NCBI GenBank assembly: GCA_043228905.1 | Contig: JBHGNT010000014.1 | Location: 1,116,001-1,180,000 of the forward strand | Direction: 5' to 3' | DNA: 64,000 nt | DNA from: Azolla caroliniana | Lineage: Eukaryota; Plantae; Polypodiophyta | Shown here: piece after piece, positions 22,001-31,539 of the stretch | Layout: each line of letters opens with the position of its first letter | Numbering within the stretch: the first letter of the stretch is position 1 | Translations under genes and position numbers: made by a program | Notes under the pieces: generated by a model | Seen by the model: only the letters and a program-made list of their open reading frames with translations | What the model was told of the DNA's origin: nothing | Databases searched by the model: none

Positions 22001-25000
22001 TTGGAATAAGAGGAGAAGCTTGCAACAAATACCACATCAACTTGAAGGAAAGTGTATCAATTTCCCCAAAGCTTCGGCAATGGAGTGTTGAACAAAAGGA
22101 AGAATTTATGCAAGAGTTCAACGCATGGTTACAAGAAAGTTCCAATTATAAGATGGAAGATTTGAGGTGTGTGTCACCTATAGTTTTGGTTCCAAAGAAG
22201 AGTGAGATCAATTTCAAACCCTTGAATGATTCGACCAAACGAGATGAATTTTCACTTCCTTCTCGAGATGAGATTGTCGATAAAATGGTTGTTTATACAA
22301 AACAAGGTAGTGTGGACAATATGTTGTGCCAAAAAGGATTTCATGTGGATGATTCAAAGATTAACATAATTACAAAGATGACAATTCCGACAAGTCTTGA
22401 AGCTTTGAAAGTATTTGTGCAAAAGGTGCGCTCGCTCGAAAGATTCATTTATATGTTGACATGCTTACTGCTATCAAGAGTGATGTATCCCATGGCCCTA
22501 CTAGTCTTTGGAGAGTTAACGAAGACATAATGATTGTGGTAACCTCTTTCTTTGTGTTGACAAGGAGAAAGATGATGATGGAATTGTCAATGTGTGTGTG
22601 GGTGTGTCTAGGAGTGTGAGGTTTTTCCTACCGATTAGCGGGGGTTTTACTCACATCTTTTTATTTTCTTTTTATTATATCTCTCTCATTGTCTATAGCC
22701 AAGAGATTGGCGAGAGAGCTTTTGTTTGTTAAGTACTGCCAATAAGTGCTTCGCCATAAATGGCTTAGCCTCTAACAAGGGGGAGGGCTAAATGTGAAAG
22801 TGTTTTTAGAATCTAAGCCATTAAACATTAGGAGAATATAAAGTATAGATAATTCACCTTTTGAGGATAAGAACACGAACTAAGACCTTAGGAAAGAAGT
22901 CAAAAGTAAAAGTACGAGACCAAGAGAAAAGTAAAAAGAGAAAACGCAGACTATAAAAAACAGTAAAAATAGAATGGTCATAACTCCCTCGTTGTTTATC
23001 CAAATATCACGTTTAAATATGGATTAGAAAGCTTGTAAAAAGAGCTTTCTATAGCTTTTTAAATCGCTTAATTTGGATATCGGATGAGGGAGATATGACG
23101 ATTAGAAGGTTGATGTGTCATAGCTAAAAATAGGGAGATAAAAAGCTTCTAAAAATAGCATGAACGTGGATAAGAAGAGGAAGGTTATAAAAGAAGAAGT
23201 GATATTAGTGAGGAGGGGCGAAGAGTAAAGGAAAAGAGTGGATGAGGAGTGTTAGGAAGAAGTGTCTTAGAAGAGGAAGGTCTTTGGTTTTAGTTCAATG
23301 TGGAGTTTGTCTCCTTTGTATTCTCTTGATGTTGGAATATCAGAACATTCTTATTTCTTGCTCGCTTTCTCTATCTTTTTTCTTAGTTTCTTGAGTTATA
23401 CTCTCTAATCATAATTACCTAGAGCTATATAATATATTATGATTTTCAACTCCATCTAATCGGTTTGGTCAAGCCCTCATATAGTGTATAACTATCTATT
23501 ATCTTATACACCCTATCACCTATGTCCGGTCTTGTACACACCATTGCGTACATCAAGCTTCCGACGGCTGAGGCATACGGCACTTTTATCATATCCTCCT
23601 TTTCAGCCTTTGTCTTGGGACTTTGCTTGTTGGACAGCTTGCTGTTTGCCGGGAGAGTCGACCCGACTGGTCTTGCTTCCGACATGTTGAACCATTGAAG
23701 CACCTTTGTCACGTACTTCTCCTGTGACAGCCACAACTGCTTCTTCTTCCGGTCCCGAATGATGTGCATCCCTAGTATTTGCCTCGCCGGACCCAGGTCC
23801 TTCATTGAGAAAGTTCGGTGAAGCGCTTTCTTCAGCATCCGTATCTTGGCCTGGTCCCGTCCGACGATCAACATGTCGTCCACGTACAGGAGGAGTATTA
23901 GAAAGTCTCCTCCTTCGAACTTCTTCACAAACACGCAGTGATCGGACTGCGTTTTGTGGTAGCCTTCGTCGGTCATGAAGGAATCGAACTTCCGGTACCA
24001 TTGCCGGGGAGCCTGCTTCAGTCCGTAAAGACTCTTCTTCAACCGGCATACCAGGTGCTCCTTCTCTTTCTTCTCGAATCCTTCCGGTTGCTGCATGTAT
24101 ATCTCTTCTTCGAGGTCACCGTGAAGGAATGCCGTCTTCACGTCCATCTGTTCTACCTCGAGGTCCATGCTTGCCGCTATGCTCAGCACCGTCCGGATAG
24201 AGGTCATCTTCACTACTGGGGCAAATATCTCGTCGAAGTCGACGCCCTTCTTCTGCTGGAACCCCTTCACCACGATCCTGGCTTTGTATCTCGGGGGGTT
24301 TCCAGCATCTCCCGGTTTCAGCTTGAACACCCACTTGTTACGAAGTGCCCGTTTTCCTTTCGGCAACTCCACAAGTTCATATGTGTGGTTCTCATGCAGG
24401 GAATCCATCTCCTCCTGCATGGCACTTAACCACCTGCGGCTATGGGTGTCATGCTTTGCTTCTTCAAAGCTCTCCGGCTCCCCCTCGTCGGTTAGCAGCA
24501 CGTGCTCTGGTTCCGGAAATCTCCGGGGAGCCCTTCTCTCTCTTAGAGGATATCTCCGTTCCGGAGCTTCGGTAATCGGCTCCTCCGTTTCCTCTTCATC
24601 CGAATCCATTTCGGGATCGGGGCCGGTTCCGGTATCAGTTTCATCTTCCTCGGCCGGTTCTGTTTCTTCATTGTCTTCGGCCGGATCCTCGAGTGCTAAC
24701 CGGTCCCTTGCCGGTCGGGACTGCTCCTCGTAGAGTTGATTCTCACCGGTCGACTTGGAGCTCTTCATCTTCTTCTCCGACTCCCAGTCGGCGAGTGTCT
24801 TGTTCTCCATGAAGATGATATCATGACTCCGGAATATCTTCTTGTCGACCGGGTCCCATACTCGGTAGCCGAACTCGTCGTCGCCGTAACCGAGGAATAT
24901 GCATGGCCGGGTCTTTGGATCTAGCTTTCCTCTCCGGTCCTTTGCCACATGCACGTATGCGAGACACCCGAACACCTTCAGATGCCGGTAGGACACTTCC

Positions 25001-26982
25001 TTACCGGTCCACACTCTCTGTGGCGTGTCTCCATCCAGGGGTACTGAGGGTGATCTATTTATCACATATGTCGCCGTCGACATTGCCTCAGCCCAAAATC
25101 CCTTGGGTAATTTCGCATGCGCCAGCATACTCCGGACCCTCTCCATTATGGTCCGGTTCATCCTCTCGGCCAGCCCGTTCAGTTCCGGCGTCTTCGGCAC
25201 AGTAAACTCGAGCCGGATTCCTTTCGAGCGACAGTACTCCGCGAACTGCCCCCGGTATTCCCCTCCGTTATCCGCTCGTATCGCTTTCAGCTTCTTGCCG
25301 GATTCTCTTTCCACTCTCGCGTGGAGTTCTTTGAAGACGGACAACACTTGGTCCTTTGTCTTCAACGGTGCCGTCCACAGCTTCCGGCTGTGATCATCAA
25401 TGAATGTCACGAAGTACTGGGCTCCGCCATGTGACTTCGTTTCTACCTGACACACATCAGTGTGTACCAACTCCAATGGTACACTACGTCTCGTCGGTGG
25501 CCTTGAGTGGAAGGAGGTTCGGTTCTGCTTACCGGCCAGGCAATCGGTGCACTTCTCCAGGTGCACATGCTTCACTGGAATAAGGTTGTCTTCTGCAAGC
25601 CTCTTCATCCCCTTCTCACTCATGTGGCACAGTCTTTTGTGCCACAGCTCACCGGCAGTGTCGGCAGCCACATTCAGCTCTTCCGGACATAACCGGGCAT
25701 TCATCAGGTACAGTGTGTTGACTTTCCGGGCCCGAGCCACTATCAGGCTCCCCTTGCTGAACTTCATTACACCGTTCCGGATGCTACCTGTGTAGCCTTC
25801 ATCGTCTAGCCTCCCGGCCGAAATCAGGTTCAATCGAACCTCCGGAACGTGTCGGACATCCTTCAGCAGCATTTTGCATCCGGTCGAGGTTGTCAACCAC
25901 ACGTCTCCTATGCCGGCAATCCGGCACGTACCTTCATTTCCCATCCGAACACAGCCATGTTCACCGGCTGTGTAGGATGAGAAGTATCTTCTTTCCGGGG
26001 TCAGGTGGAACGACGCTCCGGAATCGACCACCCAGGTAGTCTCATCGCCGGCAATGTTTAGTTCACCTTCTTCGGTGATGAGCATGATTTCTTCCTCACT
26101 TGCCGCGAGTGCCGTCGTTCCTTTCCTGTCCTGCCCTCGCCGATCCGGACCTCCCCGGTCCGTGGCTCCCCGGTATGCACCGTTTCTCTCCGGTGACTTC
26201 TTCGAATCGGTGTCGTCGGCTCCGTTGTCTTTTCGGTAATGCCGACAATTCTTCCGGAAGTGCCCCGGCTTCCCACAGTGGAAGCATGTGGGTCTTCCTC
26301 TTGACTGCGACCGGGTCCCCGACTTCTCCCGTCTTTGCGGACTCCGGTTCCATTGTCTTCCCCGAACCGATTCGGTAAGCAGCATCTTCGGATCGGAAAC
26401 CGGTTCTTTATCTCTCCGACGCGCTTCTTCGTTCAAAATACTTGTCTTTACCGTTTGTAGGGACAAGTTATCTTCGGTGCAGGAGGTGCTGAGAGTCACC
26501 ACCAGGTTCTCCCAGCTTTCCGGCAATGTACACATCAGGATGATGGCTTGCATTGCATCCTCCAACGGGAACTTGATCGCCGCAAGCTGATTCACGAATC
26601 CCATGAACGTGCTCACGTGTTCCACCATATTCTCGCCGTCCCGGTACTTGAGGTTCACTATCTTCCTCATCAGGGAGGTCCGGTTCAACGCATTCTTCCT
26701 CTCGTAGAGACCCGACAGCTTCTTCCACATCTCATATGCGTTGGTGTCATTCGCCACATGTTGTAGAACGCTTACATCGACATATTGCCGGATCGTCGCT
26801 ACGGCTTTCCGGTTCAGGAGCTTCCACTCCGACTCTATTACCCCCTTGGGTATCTCGGCATTGTCGATCGGTTCATACAGGTCTCGGACGATGAGAAGGT
26901 CTTCCATCTTTATCTTCCAGTCGGCGTAGTTCTGTGAGTTCAACACCATCATGCCCGGAGGCCCACTACCGCCGCCTTCCAT
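19004..26982 (-). CDS. Copia C gag-pol (~1357 aa), intact apart from the 19619-23518 insertion
   Basis: ATG at 26982 (MEGGGSG...) to ...CTRPDIG, rejoining in frame with YAVGVVSRY...HPMPK* after removing the insert and one TSD copy (4074 nt). All Copia domains are present. Confidence 0.93.
20432..21559 (+). CDS. Retrotransposon Gag with zinc knuckle
   Basis: FSGERTQDAGAFL...GRARDWYDSL is a Gypsy capsid-like signature, followed by the CYSCQEEGHSTRC knuckle. Confidence 0.85.
   Translation: MQFAFSGERTQDAGAFLACFEHHAISIGRITDNEKLPLLVATFYGRARDWYDSLPQNEQGEYQLLVHQFRTRYIQWKSATEVREELFQLKMESPFGFLEYERNFQELWTTWIRLRGGTEDEWFKIEQFKVGLDMHFRLEASLKDPTTFQALLQVCQDYDRQVKMMSSMGDPQMTALGANLMPRANFQALSSIVHGGQVFPNVYTTTTINPTSISQEVEQVKSEQDTMALVNRRFDEVMAHLQQSQAISNTIPDGGGSRGHQGVICYSCQEEGHSTRCPHRQQRGMERDMYEVQRNGQRPINNGVEGGESITLPMTQVPTIPHNVNLLNFIDDSDSACEVALVKRTRASQKEKEVEGESSDSRQKKKLRRMRKRTN
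21511..22530 (+). CDS. Aspartic protease plus internally deleted RT remnant (-1 frame relative to gag)
   Basis: LGDSGARVSLISE protease motif and RT N-terminal pieces (CVSPIVLVPKK, NFKPLNDSTKRDEFSLP). The YxDD core is absent. Confidence 0.8.
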   Translation, partial: LKTKEEVKENEKEDKLRRRHSRRKIKMEDIPMGEGVEAFNLKHELISSGLRITWPQLLQLSPTLRKEWGRLASIRQSRKTVHYVGIVRVEDRKDIRPTFPVSIKGFHIKDALGDSGARVSLISEFVVNKVGIPISRSSSTRVVVVDSGVVHCTSIVEDVFIKCFGIRGEACNKYHINLKESVSISPKLRQWSVEQKEEFMQEFNAWLQESSNYKMEDLRCVSPIVLVPKKSEINFKPLNDSTKRDEFSLPSRDEIVDKMVVYTKQGSVDNMLCQKGFHVDDSKINIITKMTIPTSLEALKVFVQKVRSLERFIYMLTCLLLSRVMYPMALLVFGELTKT

Positions 26983-28319
26983 TTTCTGTGTTACCGTGCT
27001 CTGATACCAATTTGTTGAAAACCGCGCTCGGACACAACCGAGGAATAGGATCAACTCACAGAAAAACAGGAAATACAAAATGTACGAAGACAATAGAGAG
27101 AAGAGTACACAGGGAGTTTTACGTGGAAAACCCTAAATGGGAAAAAACCACGGGAGTCCTCAAACTCCAACTATCACTATACACAGAGATGTACAATGGT
27201 GAAGCTACAAGGCAACAACCTTGAGCTCACTGTCTTCGCCACAGGCGGCGGTAATACACAGAGGCGTCGACCTCTTCGTTTCTCTCTCTCTCTCTCTCTC
27301 TCTCGGCTGCTCTCACTTCGCTCTCTCAACTGAAAACATAAAATGAGCAACAACATAAAACTGTTTGCCCTAAGTCATATTTATACGCATATGACTTTCG
27401 GACTATTTACAAATATAGCCTCAAGGGCCCTTGGCGAACATATTCACAAGTATGTCCCCGCATCCGGATCTCGCCCCGGGTACATTCATCATCCGGCTCC
27501 GTAGCCGGGGTCTTCATCATCCGGCTCTGCAGTCGGGGTCTTCATCATCCGGCTCCGTAGCCGGGACCGTAACCGTAACTGGGATTGCCGTCATTCATCT
27601 CCGGACATCCCATCCGTAGGGACCGAAATCCCAACATATCGCTCATATCGATCACCGTTGTAATCCTAGTAGTTATCCTGTTGGTCTCGGTCGTGAGCGT
27701 AATTTCTATCGTTGTACCGGACATCTTGCGTCGGCCGGTAACGCTTATCTTGCCGCCAGCATTCTTCTTCCTCCTCCCGGTTACTCCGGGGTTCGATTTG
27801 CCTTACCAGTGCCGCTTGCCGATTCAACAAGTTATATTCACATCGGTCCATTGTGTGCGACTTGGAATGGCATAACATGCACTGTGTCCGCATGGTACAT
27901 TCTATTGCCGAGTGCCCGGCATTGAGACAAGTCTTACATTGTATAGCTTGCCAAAAACGTAGGTCGTCTTCTGTTGGTAATGTATGTTGGAGTGCCCCCA
28001 TTGTTAGCCACGAGCTTGTTTTCTCCATCTCCCTTGGTCAATCGAGCTGGTGCGGAAATCAATGATTGCGCACACCGTACGTAGGGGTTCCCGGAGTGCT
28101 GCTAGGAATATTGCTTTAGCCTCTGCTTCCGGTGGTGCCCGATTTAGCTGGTTGTGCATTCGCAGGAACCAGATTACGAATTGTTGAATGGTTTCCATAG
28201 GTTCCTGCCATATGGTGTAGAATAGGCCGACCATCTCCCGTTGATCCACGTCCTTGTTGAAGAACTGTAAAAATCTGGTTTTTAACTCCTCAAACATCGT
28301 GATGGTGCCGGGAGGGTGC

Positions 28320-29072
28320 TAACAGGAACTACACGCTCCGATGAACAACGCTCGGCCACAACCGAGCTTAGAATCAAACACGAAAACGGGGAATAAAAGA
28401 AGACACGACACAAAGGAGAGAAGAGTACACAGGATGTTTAACGTGGAAAACCCTGAGAGGGAAAAACCACGGGAGTCCACAGACTCCAAACTATCACTAT
28501 ATCACAATGATTACAACAGTGAGCTTACAGAGGCAACGACCTCATGCTCACGATCTTCGCCACAAGTGGCGGTTACAACAGAGGCAATGACCTCTTCCTC
28601 TCTCTCTCTCACTGTACACTGTTGTGTGCTCTCTAGTCTTGCACCAACAAGAATGACAACAACAACAACCTCTAAGTTTGCCCTAAGTCATATGTATACT
28701 AATATGAATTTTCGGCTATTTACAAATATAGCCCCGATGGACTCTCAGAAAACATATTTATGAATATGTCCCTTCATCCGGTGAGCACTTCTCACCGGGC
28801 CTTCATCATCCGGCTCTTGCCAGGTACTCCTCATCTGGTTCTCACCGGGTCTTCCGTAGCCGAGTACTCCTCATCCGGTTCTCACCGGATCTTTAGTAGC
28901 CGGGTACTTGTCATCTGGTTCTCACCAGGTCTTCCATAGCCGGGTAGTCCTCATCCGGTTCTCACCAGGTCTTTCGTAGCCGGGTAGTCCACATTTGGTT
29001 TCGGCCTCGGCCGAGTTTACTCATCAGTACTGTTCTTCTCACTTCGCATCCGGAGGGACCTGTTTCCTAATA
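28320..29072 (-). mobile_element. Copia-family solo LTR 3 (753 bp, older)
   Basis: Reverse-complement homolog of solo LTRs 1 and 2, TSD GGTGC, termini decayed to TA...TA, 40-bp tandem array at 28821-28990. Confidence 0.92.
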
Positions 29073-29487
29073 GGTGCGTCAAGCGCCATCGCGCAACTGG
29101 TCCTTCCAAGGTCATGCCGAACTCTGCAATCTTCGAGCATTCTGCTTCGGTTGCGGTCAAGCGTTGCGACACATGGTTTGCTTCCCATGTTTCTAGAAAT
29201 GCATAGACATGGGCTTCTGCGTCCGGATCATCCCGGTACTTGGGATATTGGAACGGCATGTCGTTGTCCGGTGTCGGAACACGGGTTGGTGGTGTTGGAG
29301 GTCTCCCCTCCTCTTCTTTCGGTGTCGGTGGTCTTTCCTCCTCTTCTTTCGGTGTTTCACGTGGCGATGCCAGAAGTTGATCCGTTGTTTGCCGGTCTGG
29401 GGCTTCCAGTTCCATTCACTGTGTTATCGCTAGGGGCCGGACAATGCCTAACACAGGGTGTCCCTTAGAGACACTTCACTAAAGGGG

Positions 29488-30773
29488 TGTTGCGGTAAGA
29501 TAAACTTAGACGGAACTATTAATGAAACCCTAAGTGGTTACTAATCGGCAAGATCATTAGTCACAATACACACGTAAGATGAATTACACTTAGCACAGAA
29601 CGGTAATTAACGTTGTCGTGAAGAATGTGCTTCACGATATAAAAATGAACTTAAATGTTGTATTTCATAATATTTGAGAGACTTGAACCCACATTCTTAT
29701 AAACGATATACAATGTACATACCACTAGGCTAGGCTATTTATTTGTAAAAGTGTATAATAAATGTGCTTCATGATATAAGAATGAAGCTATATATTGTAT
29801 TAAGTAAAATTGAGGGACTTGAACCCTCAACCTTGTATACCAAGCACCAAGTATACACCACTAAGCTAGGTTAGTTATTTTAGAATGCATTTTCATCATT
29901 ATACTTATCCCATATCTATTTTCATACATAGCCATCATTCATCACATGCAATGCATGTGCGCCAAATGGCGATCATGCATTACATGTAACTCATGCATTG
30001 CATGCATGCCATGCTCCCATACATTACCATATGCATGGTAACACTTATATAAAGAGGGGAAAGGGAAAACAAGGGGATCAAGAGAAAGTGAGAAAGTAAT
30101 ACAATTAAGTAAAGAAGATTAGCTCATTGGGTGGAGAACCTCTTGTTTCGAAGTTGAGGTCGTGAGTTCGAATCAAGGGTCGGTAGAGAAAGGGTTCATC
30201 TTGCTACCAAACATTGTAAAGTTGGTAAAATCTTGTATTCGTAATACATATCATATACTTTTTTGTCTTAAATCATACTTTGTCTCTATCTTGCGTCTTG
30301 AATCATACATTGCCTCTATCTTTTATCTATACTAGTCTCACTCTCACACATATTACTTTAAACTATTATTCTTCATATCCTTTATCTTCCTAACATTTGA
30401 GCGCAAGCCTTATAAAAGTTCCTTCAACTCCCCTTAACCTTAGTCCCTGCGACTTCGCCGCACGAACCACAACTACCCCGACAACGTTGGTTAAGATACA
30501 TAACAACAACACTCTATTAATTATCTGTTGATGATTACAATCTAACCAGGCCCTTTTATAGGTCTCTGGCTCTAGATACAAACTGGTGTCAATCGACAAC
30601 CAGTTATGAACCGGTCCGGATCCGGATCGGCATACCAATTCCGGTTCGTCCGTTCGCTTCTCAAAATATCCTTCTAAATATTATAGATATTCTAAATATT
30701 ATAGATAATCAGCTCCTGGTTATTAATTATCCCCCTTTTTCCATTCTAAACTTCCCTTGCTAGCCGGCTAACA
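29488..30773 (-). repeat. Probable 5' LTR of the host Gypsy (about 410 bp without the nested solo LTR)
   Basis: TGTT...AACA termini and a minus-strand TATA (cctataaaag) at ~30553-30562, upstream of gag. The partner LTR is not in the window, so the bounds are inferred. Confidence 0.6.
29614..30483 (+). mobile_element. Solo LTR (TGTCG...CGACA) carrying tRNA-like cassettes
   Basis: 4-bp TSD ACGT (29610-29613 and 30484-30487), TATA at 30046-30053, U3 homologous to the LTR at 54305-54862. Confidence 0.85.
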
Positions 30774-30774
30774 T

Positions 30775-31400
30775 AATGATGGCTCATGGACATTGCCATT
30801 GCCATGTGACTTGTGTCTATTTGACCATTTGGTTTCTTTCTTCTTAGTTCATGTTGCTTGATTTTTGCAATCAAGGTTTGGAGATTGAGGTCCTTCTCAT
30901 TGCTATTGATGCTCAAGCATATGATTCATGATTCTAGGAAGGAACCCATCAATATTTCACATTTTGATGTTCCATCAATAATGTGACTTGTTGAGATTGT
31001 TACATCTAGATTTCTTTGCCAATTGCTTGTGAAGATGTCTATTGGTTCTCTTCATGCATCTTCATGTTCATTAGGGTTCGGTAGGAGAAGCTTTTTGGTC
31101 ATACTATTAGAGGGTTGGTGTAATTGTAGAAGATGATCCCAAGTTGCTTGTGTAGATTCGAGACTTCAAACATGATCAAATTTTCGATCACTCAAATGCA
31201 TGATTGTCTCCGGTCTTACATAAAGGTCTCTACTTTCGCAATCTCTTAATTCAGGTTCGGATGACATAATGGTTTCAAAACCATTTACAAATCCTTTAAG
31301 ATTTGCTCTTTCCAGAATTAACTCCATTCTGATTCTCCACATTCTATAAATTGTGGTCTCTGAGTTTCTCCACCACATTCTTTCCTGCCATTTGATTTGT
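30775..31400 (-). pseudogene. Old Copia gag N-terminal fragment
   Basis: VEKL...MWRIRMELILERANLKGFV...LQTLIAKIKQHE resembles the Copia gag (UBN2-type) pattern, with frameshifts and stops. Confidence 0.6.
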
Positions 31401-31539
31401 TGATGCAATATTGCTTGAAGTTCCTAAAAATAAAAATTGATTTTCCATATCCGCGGTCGAGGACATATTGTATAGATTGTTTGGATCAATCTAACGTGAT
31501 GCATATCGCTTATTTATTCATAAATCACTCAAACTGATA

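Larger units (their letters stand above)
19619..23518 (+). mobile_element. Non-autonomous Gypsy (Athila-like) deletion derivative, 3.9 kb
   Basis: 726-bp LTRs at 19619-20344 and 22793-23518 appear identical except for AA versus CA at the end. TSD CCTAT, PBS TGGCGCTCCAGGGAGGG (tRNA-Asn-like, inferred), PPT AAGGGGGAGGG. No integrase or RNase H. Confidence 0.95.
18372..27636 (-). mobile_element. Full-length Ty1/Copia element C (Tnt1/Tork-like) containing a nested element
   Basis: LTRs 27013-27636 and 18372-18993 are nearly identical (a CT-repeat indel and two C/T differences seen). TSD TATCG, iMet PBS at ~26996-27009, PPT at ~18996-19004. Confidence 0.98.
17922..29415 (-). pseudogene. Gypsy gag, split by Copia C and solo LTR 3
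   Basis: Fragments 29415-29078 (FQYPKYRDDPDAEAHVYAFLETW), 28314-27642 (FEELKTRFLQFF; double knuckle CKTCLNAGHSAIEC / CMLCHSKSHTMDRC) and 18371-17922. Confidence 0.85.
5617..30773 (-). mobile_element. Ty3/Gypsy (non-chromovirus, Athila/Tat/Selgy-like) element fragmented by nested insertions; 3' end not in window
   Basis: After removing insertions, the minus-strand order is 5' LTR (~30773-29488), gag, protease (IVDGGS), RT (FLDDF), RNase H, integrase (GKLRFRWTGPY...VNGFRLKPY, no chromodomain seen) and an extra ORF. Confidence 0.9.
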
